Of a DNA stretch of 64,000 nt, positions 36,910-46,582 are shown in pieces; positions within the stretch are counted from its first letter, which is position 1, and the number at the start of each line of letters is the position of its first letter. A program made the position numbers and the translations under genes. Under the pieces are notes generated by a model that saw only the letters and a list, made by a program, of their open reading frames with translations, made no database searches and was not told where the DNA came from. The DNA is from a virus, in the IMG/VR virus record IMGVR_UViG_3300000235_000002. One strand, given 5' to 3'.

Positions 36910-38735
36910 TGAGTACCGCCTGACGGAATGGGCAATCCATTAGCTGCAGGTGCACCCGCAAACTGAACAGGTGCGCCTCTGCCCGCAACTCCCTGCTCCA
37001 TCGTCGTCTTTTCTTGCAATGCCTGACGCATCTCAGCAGCTATTTTCTCAGGGTTTCTCACGCCGAGACGGCGCATCAAGTCCGGAGAAAGCATGAGCCA
37101 CTGTGCATGAGCATTGGATAGCAACGATTCAAACGTCGCGCGCTGTTCCTCAAACGTGCTTTGGTAATCAGGCACTTCTTCAACGTACAAAGACACGGGT
37201 AGTGTTCGAATATCGTTAAAGAAAAAAGCTTTTCCGTTCACTTCACGCTTCAAATTCATCACAATGATGTCACGTTCTTCAGGTGAGAGAATTTCCACAG
37301 AAATATTTTCGTCACCGCCGCTTTGAATCATATCAAGAATGAACCGTGCTTCTCGTTTCTTCATGGAAGAGAAATTGTCGAAAGCAAACACGTTGTTGCG
37401 AACGCTATTGATTTGACGAATGTTTTGAGAAACACCGCTCGTGGCATTCGTTGGGATCCCTAGCATTTCATCATAGATGCCCGTCACACGCTGCATCAAA
37501 TCCAGATACAGTTGAACGATTTTGATCTGTTCTTCACCAAGCGGCGCATTAGAGGTAATCTGAAATTTTGACTCTTTCGGCAGCACAATCACCGAATCTG
37601 TATTCTTTAATTCTTGTCGTATTTTCTCAATGTCTTTGCCCGGCATTGGATTGCCTTCAAAAATCACACGCGATGAATTGATTGCATGAACCGATTTGGT
37701 GATTCTCACATTGCAATCTCTTTGGATGTCTTTCATCGATTCCAACAAGCCATACGGAACACCGGTCTTGAACCGTCGCTGATAGACAATCGGAATATAG
37801 CTAAAGTCTTTTTGATTCGGAAATGTCGCATCAAGGGGGGCGTGTTCAAGCAGTGTATTGTCCAGAAAAAGAGTTCGCATTATTCGCTCGCCCTTTTTTT
37901 CTTCAATATCGGCTTCTTTTTCCGCTAATTCCTCTGCTTCTTCCATATTGAATGTTTCAAACGGTCGACCGTATGAATCAATACCCGTATAATATTTATG
38001 CGGGACTTTATATTGAACTTCGACCACAAGAACACGACTTTGATTGATTGGCGTAGCAACACCCATGCTTCCACTATCCGTATAGGTACTATTTCTGTCC
38101 ATCATTTCAGGCGAAAAAATACCTTCGTAATAGGAAAAGTTTTCAAAATCAACGTTAGGTGCCTTTGGCCAGTAAGATTTGACCATATCCGGTCGCATCC
38201 AACGCTTGCGACAAACGTATTTCATCGCGGTATACTGGGGCGTTAGATCATCGGGATCAGGAATGACATTGAATGGATGAATGTAGTCGTAGAAAATGCG
38301 ACCGTCATCTTGAGCGAGATGACTCCAGCCAATGCCGCAGATCAGAGAGTCTCGGAACTTTAATGAGCCTTGATAGGGAATTGACTCCGACTCTTGGATG
38401 TAAAACAACTGGTGCGTCAGTGCTTCTGCCAGTCGATCATCTTCATCTCTGTACGAATGAGATCTAACCGCACATCGATATCGAGATTGAATTTCCACAC
38501 CTGAAAGGTTGTCGATGTATCCTTTGCAAATGTTCACCGTGATCGGACTCTGAAGCCGCTGTTGTAGTTTTTGAAGATCAACGGTAGACCACTGCTCCGT
38601 TCCATCGTAAAAACCATAATCACTCATACATTTAGTACGAAATTCCTGTGATGATGGATGAAGATTCGCTATCCGAAAATAGTCTTGCGCTTTTTGCAAG
38701 GCATCTTGTCGTGTTTTAGAAATAGGAAATGACAT
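36906..38735 (-). CDS. Portal protein (P22-like)
   Basis: DYGFYDGTEQW, ITVNICKGYIDNLSGVE, PYGLLESMKDIQRDCN, GIPTNATSG motifs. Confidence 0.88.
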   Translation of the reverse strand: MSFPISKTRQDALQKAQDYFRIANLHPSSQEFRTKCMSDYGFYDGTEQWSTVDLQKLQQRLQSPITVNICKGYIDNLSGVEIQSRYRCAVRSHSYRDEDDRLAEALTHQLFYIQESESIPYQGSLKFRDSLICGIGWSHLAQDDGRIFYDYIHPFNVIPDPDDLTPQYTAMKYVCRKRWMRPDMVKSYWPKAPNVDFENFSYYEGIFSPEMMDRNSTYTDSGSMGVATPINQSRVLVVEVQYKVPHKYYTGIDSYGRPFETFNMEEAEELAEKEADIEEKKGERIMRTLFLDNTLLEHAPLDATFPNQKDFSYIPIVYQRRFKTGVPYGLLESMKDIQRDCNVRITKSVHAINSSRVIFEGNPMPGKDIEKIRQELKNTDSVIVLPKESKFQITSNAPLGEEQIKIVQLYLDLMQRVTGIYDEMLGIPTNATSGVSQNIRQINSVRNNVFAFDNFSSMKKREARFILDMIQSGGDENISVEILSPEERDIIVMNLKREVNGKAFFFNDIRTLPVSLYVEEVPDYQSTFEEQRATFESLLSNAHAQWLMLSPDLMRRLGVRNPEKIAAEMRQALQEKTTMEQGVAGRGAPVQFAGAPAANGLPIPSGGTQ

Positions 38736-38761
38736 TGATCATCCAAGGTGAAGAAACGCTT

Positions 38762-38986
38762 TTATGCGTTTCTTTGAGTTGTTGGAATTTGTGCTTGAAT
38801 GGCTTGAATGTCAGTGGTGATGTCATTCAATACAGAAGATAAGTTCGCACATAGTTGTTGATATTGTGGTGTAATCTCGCCGCTATAATTGAATACTTGG
38901 GTGCCGTATTGTTGGCAGAATTGAGAATCGACATTTAATGCTGACAAATCTTTTATAGCTTGTCGATTCGGAGTAATAGTTGCCAT
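38762..38986 (-). CDS. Small hypothetical protein (74 aa)
   Basis: ORF between a promoter-like sequence and the portal gene. Confidence 0.5.
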   Translation of the reverse strand: MATITPNRQAIKDLSALNVDSQFCQQYGTQVFNYSGEITPQYQQLCANLSSVLNDITTDIQAIQAQIPTTQRNA

Positions 38987-39056
38987 TTTCGTTATCCATT
39001 AAAGTAAAAGGTTAAACATGAAAAAAGACTTGTAAAAATCTTCTTTTTAATACCTT

Positions 39057-39085
39057 ATTATACCTGAAAAATGCTATTAAGACAA
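39057..39085 (-). promoter_or_regulatory. Sigma70-like promoter facing the portal-capsid-tail operon
   Basis: TTGTCT-17 nt-TATAAT on the minus strand. Confidence 0.55.
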
Positions 39086-39102
39086 TGATTTAACATCATT
39101 TT

Positions 39103-39594
39103 TTAAGTAATATTCGTTAATTGAAAGTTATTAACCACTTGGACTAAATAGAGTTTCCCAATTTCACCGGAAATTTTGAAAATGAGACAATCAACGGCAT
39201 TAGCTGTACTCGATAGAGGCATCAATGTTGATGTATTCCCTGCCCTGTAAATATTAGATATATTTAGAGATCTGTTGCCATTAGCATCTTGCTTTGCAAA
39301 TAACGTCAACGTTGATGGTCCGGCTGTATTCCAGCTAATATTCGTGATGACGCAATTTCCGGAAAGCGTTAGAAAAGCAACATTGCCAAGTGTTGCATTC
39401 CAACTCATAGAACTCGTAAAATTAAGTGTCTGGTATTTATCTAATCTTTGATCAGTGGTGTTTTCTACCCATGATTCAGATGCGAGGGGATACCATGTAG
39501 ATCCATCCGAATATTCAACTTTGCCAAGTGTCAATGTCAGTGGTTTGATAGAAGACGAGGAGACACCATTTTTTCGTGTTTTTTTACGCGCCAT
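39103..39594 (-). CDS. Tail-fibre tip / receptor-binding-like module (163 aa)
   Basis: N-terminal GKVEYSDGSTWYPLASE half-motif; C-terminal beta domain (LTLSGN...QDANGNRSL...STANAVD) resembling phage fibre ends. Confidence 0.62.
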   Translation of the reverse strand: MARKKTRKNGVSSSSIKPLTLTLGKVEYSDGSTWYPLASESWVENTTDQRLDKYQTLNFTSSMSWNATLGNVAFLTLSGNCVITNISWNTAGPSTLTLFAKQDANGNRSLNISNIYRAGNTSTLMPLSSTANAVDCLIFKISGEIGKLYLVQVVNNFQLTNIT

Positions 39595-40384
39595 TATTGT
39601 ATCGAATCATCCCTGCTACAAGTAAGGTTGGCCTCTGTGCCGTTGTTCCACCCGGCAGTGTTGTCGAAGCGATTCCGGGAAGAATAGGATTTGTTGCAAG
39701 ACTGACCGTTGACGCACTGCCACTCGTCGTCACGGTAATCTGATTTGTTGTTCCTGAAACCGACTCAATACCGCTTTTAGCAAGCTTCACAAATGTAATG
39801 CTGCTCGTACCCACAGTCGTGACAGTGGCTGTCTGCATCCAAGCCGTAACGCCATTCACCGTTCCTGTTGCAACAAAGATTGTATCACCAACAATCATCT
39901 GAGCAGCAGAATCAAAATCAGTCGCACGTGTTAAAACCCAAGGGGCGCTTGCTGTTCCGGCATTAGTTACCGTATAGATCCCATTTTGAAAAGCTGTGCT
40001 TTGATCTTTGATCAGCACACGCGCGCCTACAGCAGGTGTTATACCATCAATCGTAAAAACCTGATTAGCTGTACTTATCAGTGTTGCCCCAACGCCGGAT
40101 GTACCATAAAAATAAGTAGCAAATAGACTCGTTGTCGTCGCTGATATACAGGGTTCATTACTAATTTTGGAAATAGCATTAACAACATAACCTTCTGTTG
40201 CTAAATAATACCAGTTTGTCCCATCCGTGAATTCCGGTTTTCCTGAGGGTGTTGGAGGGATAGCCTTGAGACCTAATTTAGTCATAGCTCGAATGCCTTC
40301 AGGAGTGGGAACAAGAGGAATTCGGGTGTCTTTTCCCGAAGAATCGTCATCATAAATGTCATCTGTTTTGGAAAGGTAACTCAT
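39584..40384 (-). CDS. Copy 2: fibre middle module
   Basis: Same translation as 113-913. Confidence 0.72.
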   Translation of the reverse strand: MSYLSKTDDIYDDDSSGKDTRIPLVPTPEGIRAMTKLGLKAIPPTPSGKPEFTDGTNWYYLATEGYVVNAISKISNEPCISATTTSLFATYFYGTSGVGATLISTANQVFTIDGITPAVGARVLIKDQSTAFQNGIYTVTNAGTASAPWVLTRATDFDSAAQMIVGDTIFVATGTVNGVTAWMQTATVTTVGTSSITFVKLAKSGIESVSGTTNQITVTTSGSASTVSLATNPILPGIASTTLPGGTTAQRPTLLVAGMIRYNNGA

Positions 40385-40583
40385 TTTTTTTCCTTTAAAA
40401 ATGGCGGAATTCATTATTAATAAATTACCATAAAACAGCAAAAAAGAAAATTCAAAAATACCAATTTATACAATAATTTCTGTAAAAAAACTGTTTATTT
40501 GCAAAATGTTAGATCAAAAAATTTTCAAGACACTGTTTTGAAAAATCGTGTCTAACTACTCTCCAAAAAAAGAACATAATTCG

Positions 40584-42443
40584 TCAAGCAGGAGATGTGT
40601 TATATCTTATCATTCCGGAAATCGGTACAGAAGGACGCTGAGATGATGTTCCTTTAGGGATAATCATAGATTCATTGCCTGGAAGTACCGCATTATTCTG
40701 AAAATATGTCGTGATGGGATTCAACAATCCTCCTGATCCATAAACGGCTCCTTGCAAGGTTATTCCTGTATTGAGGAGAGTATTTAGGCTATTTTGCGCA
40801 CTCGTCGCACTATTGGATGCGTTTGTTGCAGAGGTTTGAGATTGGGAAGCTGAAGAGGCTGCATCAGATGCTGAAGAAGAGGCACTAGAAGATGAGGAAG
40901 AAGCACTAAGGGCTGATGCCGCAGCAGCAACAGCTGATACGCCTGCACCTAAAGCTGATGCTGCCGCTGCCGCTGCTGATCCACTTGCAGCAGCAGCAGC
41001 CCCTGTGGCCTCTGCTGCTGCACCTGTAGCTTCTTCTGCTGCTGCTGTAGCTTCACTTGCGGATGCTGCTGCCTCCTCAGCTGACGCCGAAGCTTCATTT
41101 TTGAATGCTTCCGTTTCTGCCTTGATTTGCTCTAAAGTCTCTTTGGTTGCATAATCTTGATCGCGAATCGCCACTTCAATGCTACCATCTGCCGCCGCTT
41201 TCAAGATTTTTGGGGCAACTCCAACCAGTTGATTTAATGCCTGCGCATTGGGAAGACTATTATGGGACTGTTTTAAAATGTACGTCGCATCCACGGAAGG
41301 CATATTTGTGAAGGCAAGCTGTCGGTCTGTTGAAAGAGGAACATTACCAATATCCGTTAAGACTTGTCCTGTGGTGCTCACTGTATCGGGCATCACCCAA
41401 TTGATATTCATCGCCACTGAAGCAGGTGCTTTTAAGCTGACATAGTTCGTATAGCGATGAGCAGGATTATAATCATAAAAAATAAACTGACGCCCTTCCA
41501 CTGTATTCAGAGATAAAACTTGCTGATCTGCTCTTATACTCCCTCCCGCTCCTCCCTGAACTGTAGCTAGTAGATCACGACACGTCACGGTATTGATTCC
41601 TGAAATATTATCGTGATCAGCATCAATATTGATAAGTTGAAGTTTCGATCTTGCAATCACCTTATCCCGTAAAACGATAGGAATAGTTCCATCCGCATAT
41701 CCCTCATTGACCAGATCAAGATAATCTGTGCCAGGGGTCGCGTATTGGATGGTTTTTCCTGTTTTCTTCAGCATGCCATCCTGAAGATTAATCAAAAATT
41801 GTGATTTTGGCCATGTCGTTTGCACCAAGGCACTTCCCATGATAAATTCGCCAAGCAAAAAACGAGCATTGAGTAAAGCAATATCTGCTTCCACACCTAA
41901 TAAAGCTGTTGATTCTTCAGGCCTATTGCTATCAGTTCCATGCCAAATTTTACCCCCAGAAATGGTTATAGGAGTAAGTGGGTCAATAGGGTTAGGAATG
42001 GTAATCGATGCTGTTCCTAAAGAAGGCAGATTAGATAAATTTATAGTTGCTTGAGGAGTTGCTATATTGTTGCCATTCCCCACAAAAAGATTTCCTGATG
42101 GAAGATAAGTGGATAAATAATCTGTTCCTGGAATAGCAATTTGAATCAGGCCACCTATATTCTTCATCATTCCGTCGTCAAGATCACTTAGAGCCTGGGC
42201 ATTAGGAAAAGTAGAAACAGGCGTACTGATCACCACAGGAGCTTCAGAAATAGATTCAACCTGTTGCTGAAGAGATCTTACATCAATCGTTAAGTCTATT
42301 AGCTTGAAAGACGGCGTTGGTCGGTTATGCTTGTCACCGATCCAAACGTAACCACGCTCCAAATCTGGTAGTTGCAAATGTGATGCCAGAATGCCGGTGA
42401 CAGGTGAGACGAACGGATCGGTATAGCCAGGAATATATTTCAT
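40584..42443 (-). CDS. Copy 2: fibre proximal module
   Basis: Same as 1113-2972. Confidence 0.65.
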   Translation of the reverse strand: MKYIPGYTDPFVSPVTGILASHLQLPDLERGYVWIGDKHNRPTPSFKLIDLTIDVRSLQQQVESISEAPVVISTPVSTFPNAQALSDLDDGMMKNIGGLIQIAIPGTDYLSTYLPSGNLFVGNGNNIATPQATINLSNLPSLGTASITIPNPIDPLTPITISGGKIWHGTDSNRPEESTALLGVEADIALLNARFLLGEFIMGSALVQTTWPKSQFLINLQDGMLKKTGKTIQYATPGTDYLDLVNEGYADGTIPIVLRDKVIARSKLQLINIDADHDNISGINTVTCRDLLATVQGGAGGSIRADQQVLSLNTVEGRQFIFYDYNPAHRYTNYVSLKAPASVAMNINWVMPDTVSTTGQVLTDIGNVPLSTDRQLAFTNMPSVDATYILKQSHNSLPNAQALNQLVGVAPKILKAAADGSIEVAIRDQDYATKETLEQIKAETEAFKNEASASAEEAAASASEATAAAEEATGAAAEATGAAAAASGSAAAAAASALGAGVSAVAAAASALSASSSSSSASSSASDAASSASQSQTSATNASNSATSAQNSLNTLLNTGITLQGAVYGSGGLLNPITTYFQNNAVLPGNESMIIPKGTSSQRPSVPISGMIRYNTSPA

Positions 42444-43576
42444 TATTCCCTCGCATTAAAATGGGCAATAAATTTCTGAATGTTCAACAAATCAGCATCA
42501 TATTGCGTCATCGCATATTGCTCTAGGTTCGCTAAATTTGCAGCAGAGTAGTTGTCTAAACTCGAATCTTGTCCCGGTAAAAATTGATACTGAAAGCGAT
42601 TGAAAAAGATATCGTCATACACATCCGTTGCTTCAAATTCCATCACCTTCGCATTCAGTTCTTGTGGCCCGGGAATGAAAACGTTATCCATCAGATAGAA
42701 AATGTAGTCGACGTTATACGGTGCAATGCTATTCAGATTTTGCGTCAAAAACATCACCTGTTCTTTTTTATCCGGATATTTTTTTAAAAGCTTTTGTCTG
42801 ATTTTTTCGATTTCTTTTTTGGTTTCTTGTTCCAGCTCGGAATCAACGGTTTTCAATTTCAACGTCGTTTCCGGTATGAAGTCATTGTGCGCAACACCTG
42901 TACCGACGGAAAGAATGCAAAAACGTGCAACTCCGGGAAACATCTTCTTAGCTACCGAATAGGCAAGCGTTACCGGATTGTTGACATAGACACCGCCGTC
43001 AATCATCGTATGGCTATTAACCGATGCAGGCGGAAAGTAAAGCGGCGCAGCACTTGTTGCAAGTCCAACATCAACGACGGATCGACCGGCACCGCTCAAG
43101 AACGGTTCAAGACCTGAAATGTTGGAAAATATAGCGGCTTCATCTTCATGCGTATCCCACGCAGGAATGATCACTTTTGTCAAAAGGGAGGAAAGAGGAA
43201 GTGTTTCACCAAAAACGTCTACTAAAGCTGTTCTGAGTGGAGCTTGAGCGTAAAAAGTTGATGGGTAGGTTGGTAATCCCATGATGACACTGAACTTGTA
43301 GACGGATAGCGGCAAGATAGAATTGTAGGCAAAAATACTAGAACCTTTACTTGCAAAAAACTGCCTCATCTCTTCAGGCGTTTTCCCATAAGCATATCCT
43401 AACGCCTGGATGCCACCAATACTTGTACCGGTAATAATATCAAATTCATCGTACAAGCGATTTGGCGCAATGCCTGCGTCAAGGCAAAATCGCTTCAGAA
43501 AAGTAGCGGAAAAATATCCTCTCATACCGCCACCGTCCAAAGACAAGATCTTCACCGTTTTTGAAGATGAATCCAT
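42443..43576 (-). CDS. Copy 2: patatin-like phospholipase
   Basis: Same as 2972-4105. Confidence 0.93.
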   Translation of the reverse strand: MDSSSKTVKILSLDGGGMRGYFSATFLKRFCLDAGIAPNRLYDEFDIITGTSIGGIQALGYAYGKTPEEMRQFFASKGSSIFAYNSILPLSVYKFSVIMGLPTYPSTFYAQAPLRTALVDVFGETLPLSSLLTKVIIPAWDTHEDEAAIFSNISGLEPFLSGAGRSVVDVGLATSAAPLYFPPASVNSHTMIDGGVYVNNPVTLAYSVAKKMFPGVARFCILSVGTGVAHNDFIPETTLKLKTVDSELEQETKKEIEKIRQKLLKKYPDKKEQVMFLTQNLNSIAPYNVDYIFYLMDNVFIPGPQELNAKVMEFEATDVYDDIFFNRFQYQFLPGQDSSLDNYSAANLANLEQYAMTQYDADLLNIQKFIAHFNARE

Positions 43577-43578
43577 TG

Positions 43579-43848
43579 TTATCGTCTTGGCCTTCCTGCC
43601 TCGATTCTTACACTTCTTCTTTTGCTTTCCAAAGAATTAGAACTACTTTGGTATCTACCTAAACGCCTTTCCGGAAAATATGACGGCGGATATGCCGCTG
43701 CCCCCGGATACGGATGTAGTCGTTCTTCTTCGTCAACAACGTCATCCACAACTGTTCTTGCCTCTTCTTTAAAAAAAACAGCCGGAAGACATCCAACTAG
43801 GAAAGATCCTGCTAAAAAGATACATGTTACCAATTTTAAGTTACTCAT
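43579..43848 (-). CDS. Copy 2: small lipoprotein
   Basis: Same as 4108-4377. Confidence 0.62.
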   Translation of the reverse strand: MSNLKLVTCIFLAGSFLVGCLPAVFFKEEARTVVDDVVDEEERLHPYPGAAAYPPSYFPERRLGRYQSSSNSLESKRRSVRIEAGRPRR

Positions 43849-43857
43849 TTTTTCCTC

Positions 43858-45285
43858 TTAAATTAAACCTGAATTTGCCCATTTTGGGGTAGTATCGTAA
43901 GCAAACTCCACAGCTGTTCTTGCTTGCGCTAAACCATTCAGCGCATAGAACATCGCATCCAAGCAATGATCATTCTTCTTAATGATGATGCCGTTCTCAT
44001 CTCTGGCGTATTGCCGAAACTCATTCACCGCATGCCGACAACCAACACCTTTTTCACTATGGAATATCTTGAATCTGTCCCCACGAACCCGTTCATAGAT
44101 TTCATCAATCACCGCTTCTTTGGCATTGTTCGTTTTGTGAGCTTTGACTAGACGAAGCCCCGACTTAATCTGCAGAAAATCTAACGTCTTTTCTTTTGTG
44201 TGCATGTTTTCACCGGCACCTGCGGGATCAACCATGCCCGTACACCAGTCAGGTACCATCTGAAGGATATTGTTTGCATGTTCGGTCGGTGTCGCATTAC
44301 TCAGCTTGTAATCTCGTACCACATAGACAATATCCGAATCACGGTCATGAGCAAGAAGTACACAACCCCATGTCCCTCCTGAGGAGGCCGATGGATCAAG
44401 CCCGTAAACGCAAGCGAAATGCTTTGGAATCTCAAACGGTTCAACGAACAATTCCGATTCCATCATCGTGAAAACCTTGCCTTGGCCAAACACAGGCACG
44501 CCGTGTTCACGCGCTTCTAATTGCCATTTTGGAATGGATTTTCTAAGGTGATCGATCGTTTCCTGTTTTAAATACGGATTGTCTTGCCAAGATGCAGTAA
44601 TATAGAAACGGCCGTCCTTGACTTCACCTTCCGCACCGTTGTCCAGAAAGTGCGCAATCAAATCGTCCTTGCCTTTTTCTGGCCACATACTCGCCACCAG
44701 AAACGTCTTCTCCTTGTCAAACTCCGAGATCCGAACCAACGCTTCTTGATAGACACGAAAGTTCGGCAACTCATCCATATGGATAAAATCCGCCTTCACA
44801 CCTTGCCAAGACGACTCACCTTGTTGAAAAGCCTTAAACTTGAGTTCTGACCTGCCACCGGACACATGGTTGATCCACACCGTATCCCAAGCTCCTGCCA
44901 CGTTGGTGTGTGTTTTGTCGGCAAGGTAGCTTTGGTGCAATATCGGTGGCATCGTGCCGTCCAAATCACCTAAAAACATCTTTCGTTGAAGAATATCGCG
45001 CGTATCTTTGAGGCTCACGGAAGAAGAAATGGCATTGATCGGACGTGAAAAACGATACCCCTTCCACCAAGGCGGATAAACACCTGTGAGGTGAAATGCC
45101 AGTTCCATGCAAACGGCATTCGTCTTGCCTGTTCTATTGCCGCCAAGAAACAGACGTTCTTTTGCCAAAAGACTGGCTTCATGAAATTGTGCTTGCTTCG
45201 GTGTCGGCTTGTAAAATAAAAAGCTTTTTTCCGCGAAAGCCGTCAACTGATCAACTGAAAAACCAAGATGGGAAACGCCGCTCAA
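43858..45285 (-). CDS. terL: Copy 2: terminase large subunit
   Basis: Same as 4387-5814. Confidence 0.93.
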   Translation of the reverse strand: MSGVSHLGFSVDQLTAFAEKSFLFYKPTPKQAQFHEASLLAKERLFLGGNRTGKTNAVCMELAFHLTGVYPPWWKGYRFSRPINAISSSVSLKDTRDILQRKMFLGDLDGTMPPILHQSYLADKTHTNVAGAWDTVWINHVSGGRSELKFKAFQQGESSWQGVKADFIHMDELPNFRVYQEALVRISEFDKEKTFLVASMWPEKGKDDLIAHFLDNGAEGEVKDGRFYITASWQDNPYLKQETIDHLRKSIPKWQLEAREHGVPVFGQGKVFTMMESELFVEPFEIPKHFACVYGLDPSASSGGTWGCVLLAHDRDSDIVYVVRDYKLSNATPTEHANNILQMVPDWCTGMVDPAGAGENMHTKEKTLDFLQIKSGLRLVKAHKTNNAKEAVIDEIYERVRGDRFKIFHSEKGVGCRHAVNEFRQYARDENGIIIKKNDHCLDAMFYALNGLAQARTAVEFAYDTTPKWANSGLI

Positions 45286-45514
45286 ACAAACAGTCCTTTT
45301 TACTCAAAAAAGGGCGATGGAATTCGCTCCTTCATTCTTTGAATATACCAAAATTCTGCTGAAAAAACAACGATTTGAACAAAAAAAAGAGAAAATCTGC
45401 AAGGTATAACAGATCTTCTCTTTTTTGGAATTTGTGAAAAGTTTTAAAAAATAATGAAATTATAACAAACAAATATCTACCAGAATTAACGCGAAAAGCC
45501 AAGCATGAAAATCA

Positions 45515-46390
45515 TCAGCTATTTTTCAGCAGCTCTTCAATCTTGTCCATTGACAAACCGGTAGCTTCAACGATCACAGGAGACGCGACACCTTGATTCA
45601 ACAGTGCCATTGCCACCTGCAATATGCCTTTTTCGATACCTTTTTCGATACCTTTTTCGATACCTTCATCATACCGCTGATCCATCGACGCTTTGTATGA
45701 TCCTGCATACTTCTCCGCCTGATCATAGGTTAACAGCTCTTCCTCATTCCAGGAGAAGCGGTTCAACTCTTGATACACACGCTCAATGATCTCATCAGAG
45801 CCGATAATCGACGCTAAATCCTCTTCCCTCGTCTCTTCCGCGTGCAAGAAGAAGTAGCTCCATTTTTCGACCATGTTTGATAGATCGTCTATCCGCTTTT
45901 TGAACTTCGGCAATTCCAAAAATGTAAATGAAAAATCCTTCAAATCGTTGGACTGGGTCACTCTATCCAAAATGATATGATCGGACTTATACGCCTCATT
46001 CTTCGGAAACATGATGAAGTCTGCTATCGCAATGAAGATGATCTCTTTCAAATCCGCATAAGCACCGCCGATTTTCATCTGGGAACTATAGGCTTTGGCG
46101 GCATAATACTGCGCTCGTTTCTCAAAGCCCTTTTCCTTGGCAACCTGTAGCTCAACAATGTACTGATGACCGTGTTCATCCCGACACAACACATCAACGA
46201 TACTCGTCTTCTGCGCCGCCGTTTCAGGATCTTGAACGGTTTTAAGAAACGTCACGTCCGTAATCGGGTGTCTCTCTCTGAACGTTACCATGTCATTCAA
46301 AAAGTGAATCAGAATATCTTTGTTTTTTTCAGTCCCAAAGATCTTGCGAAAACAAACGTCATTCTTTGGGTCAAGAAATTTAGACAACAT
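45515..46390 (-). CDS. Copy 2: Rpn-family nuclease
   Basis: Same as 6044-6919. Confidence 0.9.
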   Translation of the reverse strand: MLSKFLDPKNDVCFRKIFGTEKNKDILIHFLNDMVTFRERHPITDVTFLKTVQDPETAAQKTSIVDVLCRDEHGHQYIVELQVAKEKGFEKRAQYYAAKAYSSQMKIGGAYADLKEIIFIAIADFIMFPKNEAYKSDHIILDRVTQSNDLKDFSFTFLELPKFKKRIDDLSNMVEKWSYFFLHAEETREEDLASIIGSDEIIERVYQELNRFSWNEEELLTYDQAEKYAGSYKASMDQRYDEGIEKGIEKGIEKGILQVAMALLNQGVASPVIVEATGLSMDKIEELLKNS

Positions 46391-46582
46391 GAAATTAACC
46401 TTTCTGCAATTGATTTTTCCAAACAATAGCATGAACGGATTCCAAGAAGAAAGACGATCCTGTTATCCACAGAATCTGTGAGTAAGTTTGTGAATACGTA
46501 TAGAGTCGACATACGTAACTCCACCCGGTTCCGCCGGAATCAACGATTTGCTCAAGAAATAGGCAGATAAAGTTCTTAAATT

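Larger units (their letters stand above)
1..39471. mobile_element. Complete unit of a podovirus-like phage-plasmid (39,471 bp, probably circular)
   Basis: Full virion gene set plus Rep_3 initiator and iteron origin. The sequence at 39472 restarts position 1 and no chromosomal flank is seen. Confidence 0.88.

Noticed and set aside
1777-38467. Numerous 60-131 aa ORFs antisense to, or out of frame within, long genes (e.g. 3323-3646, 19504-19863, 26029-26424, 30117-30425, 33898-34233)
   Set aside because: Shadow ORFs of real genes or repeats; no RBS, no motifs and no operon fit.
39466-39640. Split intein joining the fibre modules
   Set aside because: No intein N-terminal Cys/Ser block and no His-Asn-[CST] splice junction; the leaders are too short and dissimilar.
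39103-42443. Split fibre genes as simple frameshift sequencing errors or a decayed pseudogene
   Set aside because: The first junction has ~200 nt of AT-rich spacer plus a 47-aa leader, and the same break point is used twice with separately conserved halves. An error at junction 2 alone is not fully excluded.
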